Positions 32,436-40,810 of a DNA stretch of 64,000 nucleotides are shown one piece after another. Both the position numbers and the translations under genes were made by a program. The stretch comes from an uncultured bacterium (GTDB taxonomy: Bacteria > Chloroflexota > UBA5177 > JANWHV01). A model generated the notes under the pieces. The model ran no database searches. It was not told where the DNA came from and saw only the letters and a program-made list of their open reading frames with translations. Every line of letters begins with the position of its first letter. The stretch's first letter is position 1. The stretch covers positions 960,001 through 1,024,000 of the forward strand of contig CAVSOU010000010.1 in NCBI GenBank assembly GCA_963729625.1. Reading direction: 5' to 3'.

Positions 32436-33595
32436 GCGAGCAAATGTACCAGAGCAACGTGCCAAGAGTCACGTGCCCAAACTGCAGCAGATCAGTTCCC
32501 GACGGCGAATTCTGCGGCGCGTGTGGTGCGCACCTCGGAAGCGAGTTTCTTCGGGCCACCCACCGTCCTCACTCGTACGCCGCCAACCCAAACGAGCATG
32601 TGGTGCATTTGAGCGTCGTGTCGACGCTCTTCCCGCACCTGCCCCATCGCCACACGGTACCGTTTGAGGTTGGCGTGGGAGTGACCGCCATTCTGCTCAC
32701 TCTGCTTGGCCTGCTGCGCCAGACCGGCCCAAGCATTGCGGTAGCCGCGGTAGCGATCCCTTTGCTGTATCTGCTCTACCTCTACGAAGTGGAGGTGTAT
32801 GAAGACGAGCCCGTCATTGTCATTGGCCTGACGATGGTCGCGGGAGTGGCGATTGGGATTCCTTGGGCGAAGTTCACCGGACCGATCATCACGAGGCTAC
32901 TGCTCGAAAACACGACGTTTGGGGTCGTTCCCGGTCGTCTGCTGCTGGGCGCGGCTGTGCTGCCGCTCGTCGCGCAACTCTTGATGTTGTTGGGGACGAT
33001 AGCGCTGTATTTCAGGCGGCGATACGACGAGACCCTCGACGGTTTCACCTTCGGCGCTGCCGGCGCGCTCGGCTTCACCATGTCGAGCACCGTTGTCAAT
33101 CTTTGGCCTGAACTACGGCATGGCACTACCTCGACGGCGCCGGTCACGACGAACGTGCTGGACGTTCTGCAACAGGGGCTGCTCCTTCCCGTGGTGAATG
33201 CCAGCCTCACCGGCCTCATTGCCAGCGCCATATGGTTGAATCGTGGCGCGATCCGACGCTTGCGCTTCCATCGCTGGACCTCGGCGATAGGCACCAGCGT
33301 AGCGATCGCCGTCGTGCTCCGCGTGGCGCTCGGGCTAGTATCGGTGTTGGCAGTCGACCCGATCTACAGCGTCGTCGCGTACGGGTTTGCTGCGGTCGCG
33401 GTGCTCATGTGGGTCCGCGTTGCCCTTCACCATATGCTGCTGAGCGAGGCAGTAGACGTGAGCGTGGGCCCCGATTCGGTCTGTACGCATTGCCACCGGA
33501 TGGTTCCTCGCATGGCATTCTGTCCGCATTGCGGAATCGCCACCCGGGCCACGCCCAAGTCCGGGCATGGTCGAGCAAACCGCACCTTCAGATAG
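32432..33595 (+). CDS. Second PrsW-like membrane protein with terminal zinc ribbons (catalytic motifs lost)
   Basis: CPNC..FCGACG and CTHC..FCPHCG; YAANPNEHV..STLFPHL shared with 28497; DGFTFGAAGALGF; GTGA overlap with S53 stop. Confidence 0.85.
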   Translation: MSEQMYQSNVPRVTCPNCSRSVPDGEFCGACGAHLGSEFLRATHRPHSYAANPNEHVVHLSVVSTLFPHLPHRHTVPFEVGVGVTAILLTLLGLLRQTGPSIAVAAVAIPLLYLLYLYEVEVYEDEPVIVIGLTMVAGVAIGIPWAKFTGPIITRLLLENTTFGVVPGRLLLGAAVLPLVAQLLMLLGTIALYFRRRYDETLDGFTFGAAGALGFTMSSTVVNLWPELRHGTTSTAPVTTNVLDVLQQGLLLPVVNASLTGLIASAIWLNRGAIRRLRFHRWTSAIGTSVAIAVVLRVALGLVSVLAVDPIYSVVAYGFAAVAVLMWVRVALHHMLLSEAVDVSVGPDSVCTHCHRMVPRMAFCPHCGIATRATPKSGHGRANRTFR

Positions 33596-33608
33596 GAGAG
33601 CGCCATAC

Positions 33609-34793
33609 ATGCCGACAATCAACTGTAGCAAGTGCGGCGCTTCGAACGATTCGAGCGTCCCCTTCTGTGGACATTGCGGAGCGCCGCTGCAAGCTGCCCC
33701 GGCGCCCGTCCCAGAGACGGTGTCGTCGATGAGCTGCCCGCGATGCGGGCTCGCCAACCAGCCAGGAGTACGATTCTGCGGGCACTGCGGCGCGTCGTTG
33801 CAAGCATCGCCGGCACCCCTCCAGGAGCCGGCTCCGCCGACTAACTGCCCTCGATGCGGGTTCGCCAACCAGACTGGGGTGCGATTCTGCGGGCACTGCG
33901 GCGCGCCGCTTCAGTCCGCCACAGTGTCACCTCCCGAACCAGCGCCACCAGCGGGGGCTGCACCGTGCCCGCGTTGTGGTGCGGCCAACCAGACCGGAGT
34001 ACGGTTCTGCGGTCGCTGCGGCCAACCGCTTTCCATGCCGGTAACGCCTGCTCAGGGCCAAGCCATCGCGGCCTTCCCCCACCGACTTGGCACCAGAGCG
34101 GAAATCGCTGCGGCAATGCCCCGCAAGACTGGGTACCGGCAGCCGGTTTGGCCGATTCTTGTGGCCGTGATTGGGCTGCTTATGGCCGGGCTCGCGTTTG
34201 GCGCTCGCGAGCTCGAAGCAACGCCCACGCCACCCTGCGGCACGCGCTGCACGCCGGCGCCCCCGCCGATTGGTCCGCCCCTGCCGGCAGCCCATACGTA
34301 TACCAGCTCCGCGCTCGGCTTTTCAGTGGAGTACACCGACAGCGTGGTCCAGAACCTTGGCGCGCCGATCACGGACGACCATTCCCTGGGCTGGAGCGTG
34401 ACCCTGCAAAATGGCGACGCAATCCTGGTCAAGTTCCAGGGAGAAGCTGCCGGAGGACGCTCGGCGCAGCAGGTTGTGACGGCCTTACAGCAGAGTCTCA
34501 TACCCGGCGCCACACTCGTGTTCCAGATTCCTGACGCTGAGCTCGGGTACACCGAAGGATACGGCGCGGTGTACGACATCACTGTTTCGCCCCAGGGAGG
34601 CCAGCAGGTCGACGAACACTTCGTCATCGAAGCCTCGGTCAACAACGACGTCGCGGTCGAGCTGATAGGGTCGAGTGCCTTCACGCCGGACAAGAATGGT
34701 CACCCAAGCCCTGCCCAACTCGAGCCGGCGGTCGAACAGCTGTCCGATATCTTCGGAAACACCGTGATCTGGAAAGGCCAGTCGCCAAAGTAG
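33609..34793 (+). CDS. Four-zinc-ribbon single-pass membrane protein with extracellular domain
   Basis: Four CxxCG..N...FCGxCG units, TM helix, Pro-rich linker, GFSVEY...SPQGG domain; RBS AGGAG. Confidence 0.88.
   Translation: MPTINCSKCGASNDSSVPFCGHCGAPLQAAPAPVPETVSSMSCPRCGLANQPGVRFCGHCGASLQASPAPLQEPAPPTNCPRCGFANQTGVRFCGHCGAPLQSATVSPPEPAPPAGAAPCPRCGAANQTGVRFCGRCGQPLSMPVTPAQGQAIAAFPHRLGTRAEIAAAMPRKTGYRQPVWPILVAVIGLLMAGLAFGARELEATPTPPCGTRCTPAPPPIGPPLPAAHTYTSSALGFSVEYTDSVVQNLGAPITDDHSLGWSVTLQNGDAILVKFQGEAAGGRSAQQVVTALQQSLIPGATLVFQIPDAELGYTEGYGAVYDITVSPQGGQQVDEHFVIEASVNNDVAVELIGSSAFTPDKNGHPSPAQLEPAVEQLSDIFGNTVIWKGQSPK
33622..34035 (+). repeat. Intragenic tandem repeats encoding zinc ribbons
   Basis: Units at ~33733, ~33844 and ~33964 share GCCAACCAG and TTCTGCGG at DNA level (periods ~111 and ~120 bp); a more divergent first unit starts ~33622. 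Confidence 0.8.
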
Positions 34794-34815
34794 GCATGTG
34801 AGAGGGTGATGTCGT

Positions 34816-36063
34816 ATGTGCCCACGTTGTGGTGCCCAGAACCCTGAAGGATCGCTGTTTTGTCAGAACTGCGGCGCCCCATTGGCGGGCGGGCAGGCCG
34901 GTCCGCCGCCGCGGCACGACGTATTGCCGCCACCGGGCATCATCCAGCCGCCGGGTGCGCCGCCGCCACCGCCGGCAGGATCGCCGATTCCGGTGGGGGG
35001 CGTCCCCGCGGGAGGATTCCCACCACCGGGATACTCACCCTATCAGAGTCCGTATTATGTGCCGGTCGGGCCACCCGGAGCGCCGGTTCATCGGTTGCCG
35101 TGGTTCAGCATAATAGGCTTGGCACTTGGCGTCCTCGGCATCGTTGCGCTTGGCGCAACATTGCTTCTGCGGTCCAACGTACCGACAGTGCGGTCGCTCA
35201 GCCCGTTGCCTACCGCGACGGCGGTTCCCACCACGCGACCGCAGGAGACGTCGACCGCTGTCCCGACGAACACGTCCGTACCGACATCAATCCCGACCGG
35301 TACGGCTATGCCAACATCGGGCGCGACAGTCACGGCGGCGCCTACTTCCGTACCTGCCGAGACTGACACGCCCGCGTCGAGCTCCAGTCCGGCGGCAACC
35401 GACACCCTGGCCGCTACGGTCGAAGCGCCCACCGCTACGGCGGTCGTGACGGATACCCCCGCCGTACCGGAGGCCACCGCGACGACAGCAAAGCTGCAAA
35501 AGCCGGCCACGTCAAAGACGCCAACAGGTTTGCATATTCCCGCACCGACGCCCGTGCCCACGAAAGCGGCGCACACCGCCACGACGGCGTGCCGCATTAC
35601 AGCGGGCAAGGTCGTGGCGACGAACACGTTCTGCGTTGCCTTGCTCCAGGGATGGAGCGTGCTGCAAAAGGAAAACGTCGACATCATTCTCAAGGACGAC
35701 ACTGGGGGCGGGGGCTTCGGAACCCTCTACATTAACTCGGGAACCTTGAAGACACCCACCACTGCTCAGGAGTGGCTCCAGCAGGTGATCGCGGGCTATC
35801 AGAAACAGTACCCCGATGTGAAGGAATGCGGCACCGCCGCACAATTCACCGTAGGTAGCGTCACAGGCACCGGCATCCCGATATGCTACAGTGAAACCCC
35901 GCAAGGCGGCGCCGCGTTTCCGGCGGTATCGGAGCTGTGGGCTGCCACGAACGGGGGCGGAACGACGGTCTATTCGTTTGGAATGAACGCCGCAGCGAGC
36001 GACGCGAAGATGCTAGATAACACGAGCAAGCTGCTGGAATCCTTGCAGTGGTACCTGCCCTGA
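34816..36063 (+). CDS. Zinc-ribbon/Pro-rich/TM/Thr-rich stalk/extracellular-domain protein
   Basis: CPRC..FCQNCG, HRLPW-TM, PT-rich stalk, C-terminal domain paralogous to 29634 (QQYPD.K.CG, TPQGG, WAATN..GTT). Confidence 0.88.
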   Translation: MCPRCGAQNPEGSLFCQNCGAPLAGGQAGPPPRHDVLPPPGIIQPPGAPPPPPAGSPIPVGGVPAGGFPPPGYSPYQSPYYVPVGPPGAPVHRLPWFSIIGLALGVLGIVALGATLLLRSNVPTVRSLSPLPTATAVPTTRPQETSTAVPTNTSVPTSIPTGTAMPTSGATVTAAPTSVPAETDTPASSSSPAATDTLAATVEAPTATAVVTDTPAVPEATATTAKLQKPATSKTPTGLHIPAPTPVPTKAAHTATTACRITAGKVVATNTFCVALLQGWSVLQKENVDIILKDDTGGGGFGTLYINSGTLKTPTTAQEWLQQVIAGYQKQYPDVKECGTAAQFTVGSVTGTGIPICYSETPQGGAAFPAVSELWAATNGGGTTVYSFGMNAAASDAKMLDNTSKLLESLQWYLP

Positions 36064-37691
36064 ACACAACTGGAACCATCGCATACCGCCTGCGGATTGG
36101 CGTAACCGGCCATCGGTGCCTGCCAACGGACGACGCATTCGTGGCGCGCGTGAGCGAAGCCCTGGATAGAGTCAGGCGGATGGCGCCGCCGCGGCCGGCC
36201 ACGCCAGTGTATCTGGCGGTTTGCTCCGCTCTGGCCGAGGGCGCAGACAGATTGGTGGCCTCACTCGTGCTCGAGGATCGGCATGCCTGCCTGGAGGTGG
36301 TGCTCCCAATGCCGATCGCGGCGTATAAGTCGGACTTCCAGACCGAGGAGTCCAATCGAGCGTTCGACCAGCTCATGGAGCGAGCGACGCGGGTCGTGGA
36401 GCTGCCGGCGGCGGAGACGCGCGACGAAGCGTACGAGCAAGCCGGTCGATACGTGGTCGAGCGATGCGACGTATTGATTGCCCTTTGGGATGGCAATCCG
36501 GCGCGCGGTCAGGGCGGCACTGCCGACGTAGTCGAGTGGGCACGGGATCGGCAAATACCGCTACTCTGGGTGCACACGGTTGCTCCGTACGCGCTGACTG
36601 TCGATCGGCGCGCCGCAATGTCGACGGCATCGTACGAGGGGCTTGATCGTCACAATCGCGCGCGCCTTCCCCATGAAGAGTTTGAGCGAGACGTGCGGCA
36701 GCACGTAGAGCGCTTCCACACTCAGGCCACGCGTAACGGGCTGGAGCACTCCGCACTGCAGCCATACTGTGACTGGCTTATTCCAACATTCGTGCGGGCG
36801 GACCTGCTGGCGACACGCTACCAGAAGCGGTTCTTTCTGTTTAGCGATGCGATCTTTATCCTGGCAGCGCTTGCCGTGGTGGCCTCTGCCGGCACCGAGC
36901 TCGCCAGCCACGCGCCCTCGTTCGTCAGTGGGCAGATTCTGTCGCGGGTGCGCCCGCTCCCGCTGGTCGAGTTCACGGCGATGCTTCTGGTTTTGGTGGT
37001 GCTGCAGCTCGTGCGGCGCCAGGCATTTCACCGAGACTGGATCTCGCATCGCGTCATGGCTGAACGCCTGCGCTCGGCACTGTTCCTCGCGCTCGTGCGT
37101 CTCGACATAGGAGATGAGCGTGGCGTCGAAAGCGTGAGTCTTCATCAGGCGGCCGATGAATGGTTGGAGCGAGCCTACGAGGAAGTGTGGAACCAACGAC
37201 CTCCGCCCGACACGTCGATTTCAGTCGCTATTCTCAGGCGTTTCCTGGCCAAGGCATGGATTGAGGACCAGGTCAGCTATCAGCGGAAAAAGAGTCATCG
37301 GCACGAGTGGAACCATCAGCTGATCTCGAACATCACTGTGGCGATATTCCTCACCACACTAATCATTGCCGGGATGGATGCGATTGGCGCGATCAGCGAC
37401 AGCGCGCACGACGCGCCGCTGTGGACTACCACGGTGCTGTACCTCTCGGTCACGCTTCCGGCCGTGGCCAGCGCACTCGGCGGTATTGGGGCTCAGCGGG
37501 AGCACACCCGTAACGCGCATCGGAGCGGGCAAATGGCGCGCTATCTTACGAGTCTCGAGCAGCGGATGGAAGTCGCGACCGACCTTCCCACGATTCATAG
37601 CGTGGCGCGACAGGCGGAGGCCGTGATGCTGCAGGAAATCGACGATTGGTTCGTCACGATGGAGTATCGTGACGTCGAGCTTCAGGGCTGA
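36048..37691 (+). CDS. SLOG (YspA-like) nucleotide-binding domain fused to two SLATT/DUF4231-like 2TM modules
   Basis: IGVTGHR, SALAEGAD, LPMP, DVLIALWDG..GGTADVV; then AD.LA.RYQ-2TM-W..HR..AERLRS and WIEDQVSY-2TM; start overlaps upstream stop. Confidence 0.8.
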   Translation: MVPALNTTGTIAYRLRIGVTGHRCLPTDDAFVARVSEALDRVRRMAPPRPATPVYLAVCSALAEGADRLVASLVLEDRHACLEVVLPMPIAAYKSDFQTEESNRAFDQLMERATRVVELPAAETRDEAYEQAGRYVVERCDVLIALWDGNPARGQGGTADVVEWARDRQIPLLWVHTVAPYALTVDRRAAMSTASYEGLDRHNRARLPHEEFERDVRQHVERFHTQATRNGLEHSALQPYCDWLIPTFVRADLLATRYQKRFFLFSDAIFILAALAVVASAGTELASHAPSFVSGQILSRVRPLPLVEFTAMLLVLVVLQLVRRQAFHRDWISHRVMAERLRSALFLALVRLDIGDERGVESVSLHQAADEWLERAYEEVWNQRPPPDTSISVAILRRFLAKAWIEDQVSYQRKKSHRHEWNHQLISNITVAIFLTTLIIAGMDAIGAISDSAHDAPLWTTTVLYLSVTLPAVASALGGIGAQREHTRNAHRSGQMARYLTSLEQRMEVATDLPTIHSVARQAEAVMLQEIDDWFVTMEYRDVELQG

Positions 37692-37693
37692 CC

Positions 37694-38800
37694 GTGCACC
37701 TCCGGTGCCCTTCATGCGGATCATCGAGTGTGCGGCGCGCGCGGTTCTGCACGCGTTGCGGTGCGCCGCTTCCGCCGGCGCCTACCTTGTTGCAGGTGCT
37801 TTGGCACTCCCCAACGGCGATAATCGCCGGGGTTTCAGTCGCTTCCGTGGCCTTGATCGTGGCCGCGGCGGCCGCCAGCGGGCAACTGGGCGGTGCGGAA
37901 GCGCCCACCCCTGGGCCGCCGCTCACGGCCGTATCGAGCGCGGTCCCACAATTGACGGGAACGCCTGTCCCGGGAGCGACTTTCTCGGCGACGTCCGGGC
38001 CTGTTCCTACCTCCGCACCGGGCCAGTCGCCCGGTCCCATCGATACGGCTACTCCCGACAACTCCGGGTCTACTGATGCGGCTCATGTCGTCAGCCTGCA
38101 GGACTCGGTGACGTTTCCCAATCAAGATCCCAACACCACGAGCGATCCGCAGACGATTACGCTGAGCAACGAAGGCGGTACCGCCCAGGCGTTGGGAGCC
38201 CCACAGATAGGAGGCTCGAACCCAGACGCTTTTACCGTCTCCAGCAATGAGTGCGGTTCCAGCATTGAAGCCGTGACGCGATGTGATGTGCTCGTGACAT
38301 TCACTCCGTCCGGCGCGGGCGGCTACAGCGCGGAGCTGGACATAGTCGACGAACAAGGCAACACCGTGGTCTCCGTCGCGCTTGGTGGAGCCGGTGGAGG
38401 CGCTGCGGAAGATGTGTCCGTCACGGCGTACAGTCTTGACTTTGGCAGCATCAATATCGGAACGTCGACGTCACAGTCTTTCAGCGTCGACAATAATGGC
38501 ACAGCTGCCGTTACCATCAGCGCGGCCCAAAGCGGCGACTCGGCCTTTGAGCTATCCGATGAATGCTCCGGGAGCCTTGCCGCCGGTACAAGCTGCAGCG
38601 AGCAGGTCTCGTTTAGCCCGTCCGACTCGACGAGCTACTCGGGGTCGATCACGATCAGTGACGACAGCGGCAATGAGCTCGGAACTGTCTCACTCGCGGG
38701 CTCGGGCTACGACCCGAACGCGTCGAGTGCCGTGCATGGAGCGTCCACAGGGGCCGTGCCCCATGCGTCTGGCCCAAGCTCTCCGACGGCTGTGCATTGA
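37694..38800 (+). CDS. Zinc-ribbon/TM protein with two choice-of-anchor D (ASH-type Ig-like) domains
   Basis: CPSC..FCTRCG, TM helix, Pro/Thr stalk, ITLSNEG...C...C.V.VTFTP and LDFG..VDNNG...SC..VSFSP repeats. Confidence 0.82.
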   Translation: MHLRCPSCGSSSVRRARFCTRCGAPLPPAPTLLQVLWHSPTAIIAGVSVASVALIVAAAAASGQLGGAEAPTPGPPLTAVSSAVPQLTGTPVPGATFSATSGPVPTSAPGQSPGPIDTATPDNSGSTDAAHVVSLQDSVTFPNQDPNTTSDPQTITLSNEGGTAQALGAPQIGGSNPDAFTVSSNECGSSIEAVTRCDVLVTFTPSGAGGYSAELDIVDEQGNTVVSVALGGAGGGAAEDVSVTAYSLDFGSINIGTSTSQSFSVDNNGTAAVTISAAQSGDSAFELSDECSGSLAAGTSCSEQVSFSPSDSTSYSGSITISDDSGNELGTVSLAGSGYDPNASSAVHGASTGAVPHASGPSSPTAVH

Positions 38801-39104
38801 TGGGGCACGTGACGGGAAACACATGCTCGACCTGTGACGAGATCGCCGGATAGTCGCGACCGCGGGTTGCTGGCAGTCGTTCCGCCCGCACCGGGCGCCT
38901 CCTTGCGGCCCTCGCGGCTCACTTCGCGCCGTGCAAACCACGCTCCCGAACCCATCTGGCCCACCGTGACGCCCGAGGCAGCCCTGTGCAAGCGGCACTG
39001 CGCAGCGTACTCATTTCTGGCTCGAGGATCGTCGGGGGTGCCAGAGCGGCCGAAGATGCTTTGAACGAACTGTGGCTATTATTCGATGCCATCGCCATGA
39101 CAGG

Positions 39105-39113
39105 TGCTATAAT
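39105..39113 (+). promoter_or_regulatory. Extended -10 promoter of the kinase/KaiC-like operon
   Basis: TGCTATAAT (TGn + perfect TATAAT) in an AT-rich patch ~95 bp upstream of ATG 39209. Confidence 0.6.
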
Positions 39114-39208
39114 AGTGAGGATATTATACGTAGCATATCCGTCCTGGAACGAGACGCTCGCACCAGTGGCTCAAGTGGCAAGATCCTTACAAAGTGAGGG
39201 AGGTCATC

Positions 39209-40795
39209 ATGCCCAGGCCCGCTGCACCGGCCGACGCGATGGTGAGCGTTGGACTCCAAACTGACGCGACGTTTCTCATCGCCGATGTCGCGGCGCTTAC
39301 GGGCGTTGCACCACCGCAGCTCCGCTCCTGGGAGCAGGCCGGCATCCTCCATCCACGACGTTCGCCGAGCGCCACGCGATTATATGCCGTCGAAGACGTG
39401 GCGCGAGTGCGCCTCTTCAAGCGGTCGCTGCTGAACCCCGGGCGGCGAGGCAGCCTGCGCCGAATCGCGCAGGGTCTTGCCGCAGGCACCTTGGTCCCCG
39501 CGCCGGAGGATTACGCTGGGCTCCGCGAGGCGGGCACGCCCCCGATCATGAGCGATGCGGCGTACTGGCAAGCAGTGGTCGAGTCGATGGACGAGCTGGT
39601 CGTCGTCTGCAACAATTCCGGCGGCCTGACCTCGATCAACCCGGCGCTGCGCGCCTTGCTCGACCTGGAGACCGAGACGAGCAATGCCGAACTGCCTGGG
39701 CGGTCGCTTGACGGCGGGTCGCTGCCGGCCGTCTTGGAGGCACTGCCCTTGCGGTGGTCGGCGGTGACGGGTACGCAGCACCGGGATGTGCTCTTGACGC
39801 TCCTCGACCCGACGGATGCGATGGTGCAGACCGCGTGGACGGTGACACCGCTCCGCGACGAGAACGGCGCGGCGATTGGCGCCGTGGCTGTGGGGCGTAT
39901 TGTCCCGCCGGTGACCTCGCTGCTGCCCGAGGACTGGCTGGCCGTTGCCGCACATGACCTCCGCAATCCGGTCACCGCCGTCCTCGGGCGGCTGCAATTG
40001 GCTCGTCTGCTGAGCTCCTCCATGGCCGAAAGAGATAGGGCGGCACAGCAGCTCGATCACCATCTTGCCGTGGCAGAGAGCAGCATGGAGAACCTGATAC
40101 GCGTGATGGAGACCGTGCTCGACGCGTCCGAGGCCGCCAAAGGCACGCTCATTCACCATCTCGAGCCGGAAGGCGTGAATCTTTCCCAGTTGGCGATGCA
40201 GGCAGTCGAGCACGCGCAACTGCAGACATCCCGCCACAGCGTGACACTGAGCGTGCCTCCGGCGCCCCTGATCGTCGCCGGCGATCGCATCAGGCTGCGT
40301 CAGGTGCTCGATAATCTGTTGGCCAACGCGATCAAGTATTCGCCGGAGGGCGGCCCAATTACTGTTGCGCTGGAGACCGCTGCGGCGCCAACCAGCGCGC
40401 TGTCGACGCCCGATGCGCAGAGCGAAGTGCGGGTAGATAGGGCGGCAGACTGGGTGGCCGTGCGCATCGCGGATACCGGCATGGGCATTCCACAGGCCGC
40501 CCTACCCCACGTGTTCGAGCGATATTGGCGGGTGACCAGCTCTGGGCAGGGCATCCGCGGCGCTGGCCTGGGCCTGTATGTTTGCCGGGCCATCGTGGCA
40601 GCACATGGCGGCCACATCTGGGTCGAGCGAAGCGTGTCCGTCGCCGAGTCAGCGACGTCGGCGGACGGGTGGCATGGCGCCGTGCTGGCACTCGTGTTTC
40701 CGCTTGCTAACGCGCCCACACGCGCGGATCTGCCAAGCAAGCTCGACGGAAACGATAGGCTCACCACCGAGGATGCCAGGATAGTCTCGCAGTAG
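39209..40795 (+). CDS. MerR-type HTH - PAS - histidine kinase fusion
   Basis: IADVAALTGV...LRSWE..GIL.P.R...RLY MerR HTH; PAS-like VVESMDELVVV..INPA; H-box AHDLRNP, N-box NLLANAIKYS, DTGMGI, GAGLGL; RBS GGAGG. Confidence 0.9.
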   Translation: MPRPAAPADAMVSVGLQTDATFLIADVAALTGVAPPQLRSWEQAGILHPRRSPSATRLYAVEDVARVRLFKRSLLNPGRRGSLRRIAQGLAAGTLVPAPEDYAGLREAGTPPIMSDAAYWQAVVESMDELVVVCNNSGGLTSINPALRALLDLETETSNAELPGRSLDGGSLPAVLEALPLRWSAVTGTQHRDVLLTLLDPTDAMVQTAWTVTPLRDENGAAIGAVAVGRIVPPVTSLLPEDWLAVAAHDLRNPVTAVLGRLQLARLLSSSMAERDRAAQQLDHHLAVAESSMENLIRVMETVLDASEAAKGTLIHHLEPEGVNLSQLAMQAVEHAQLQTSRHSVTLSVPPAPLIVAGDRIRLRQVLDNLLANAIKYSPEGGPITVALETAAAPTSALSTPDAQSEVRVDRAADWVAVRIADTGMGIPQAALPHVFERYWRVTSSGQGIRGAGLGLYVCRAIVAAHGGHIWVERSVSVAESATSADGWHGAVLALVFPLANAPTRADLPSKLDGNDRLTTEDARIVSQ

Positions 40796-40810
40796 AAGGG
40801 AGCGATACGC

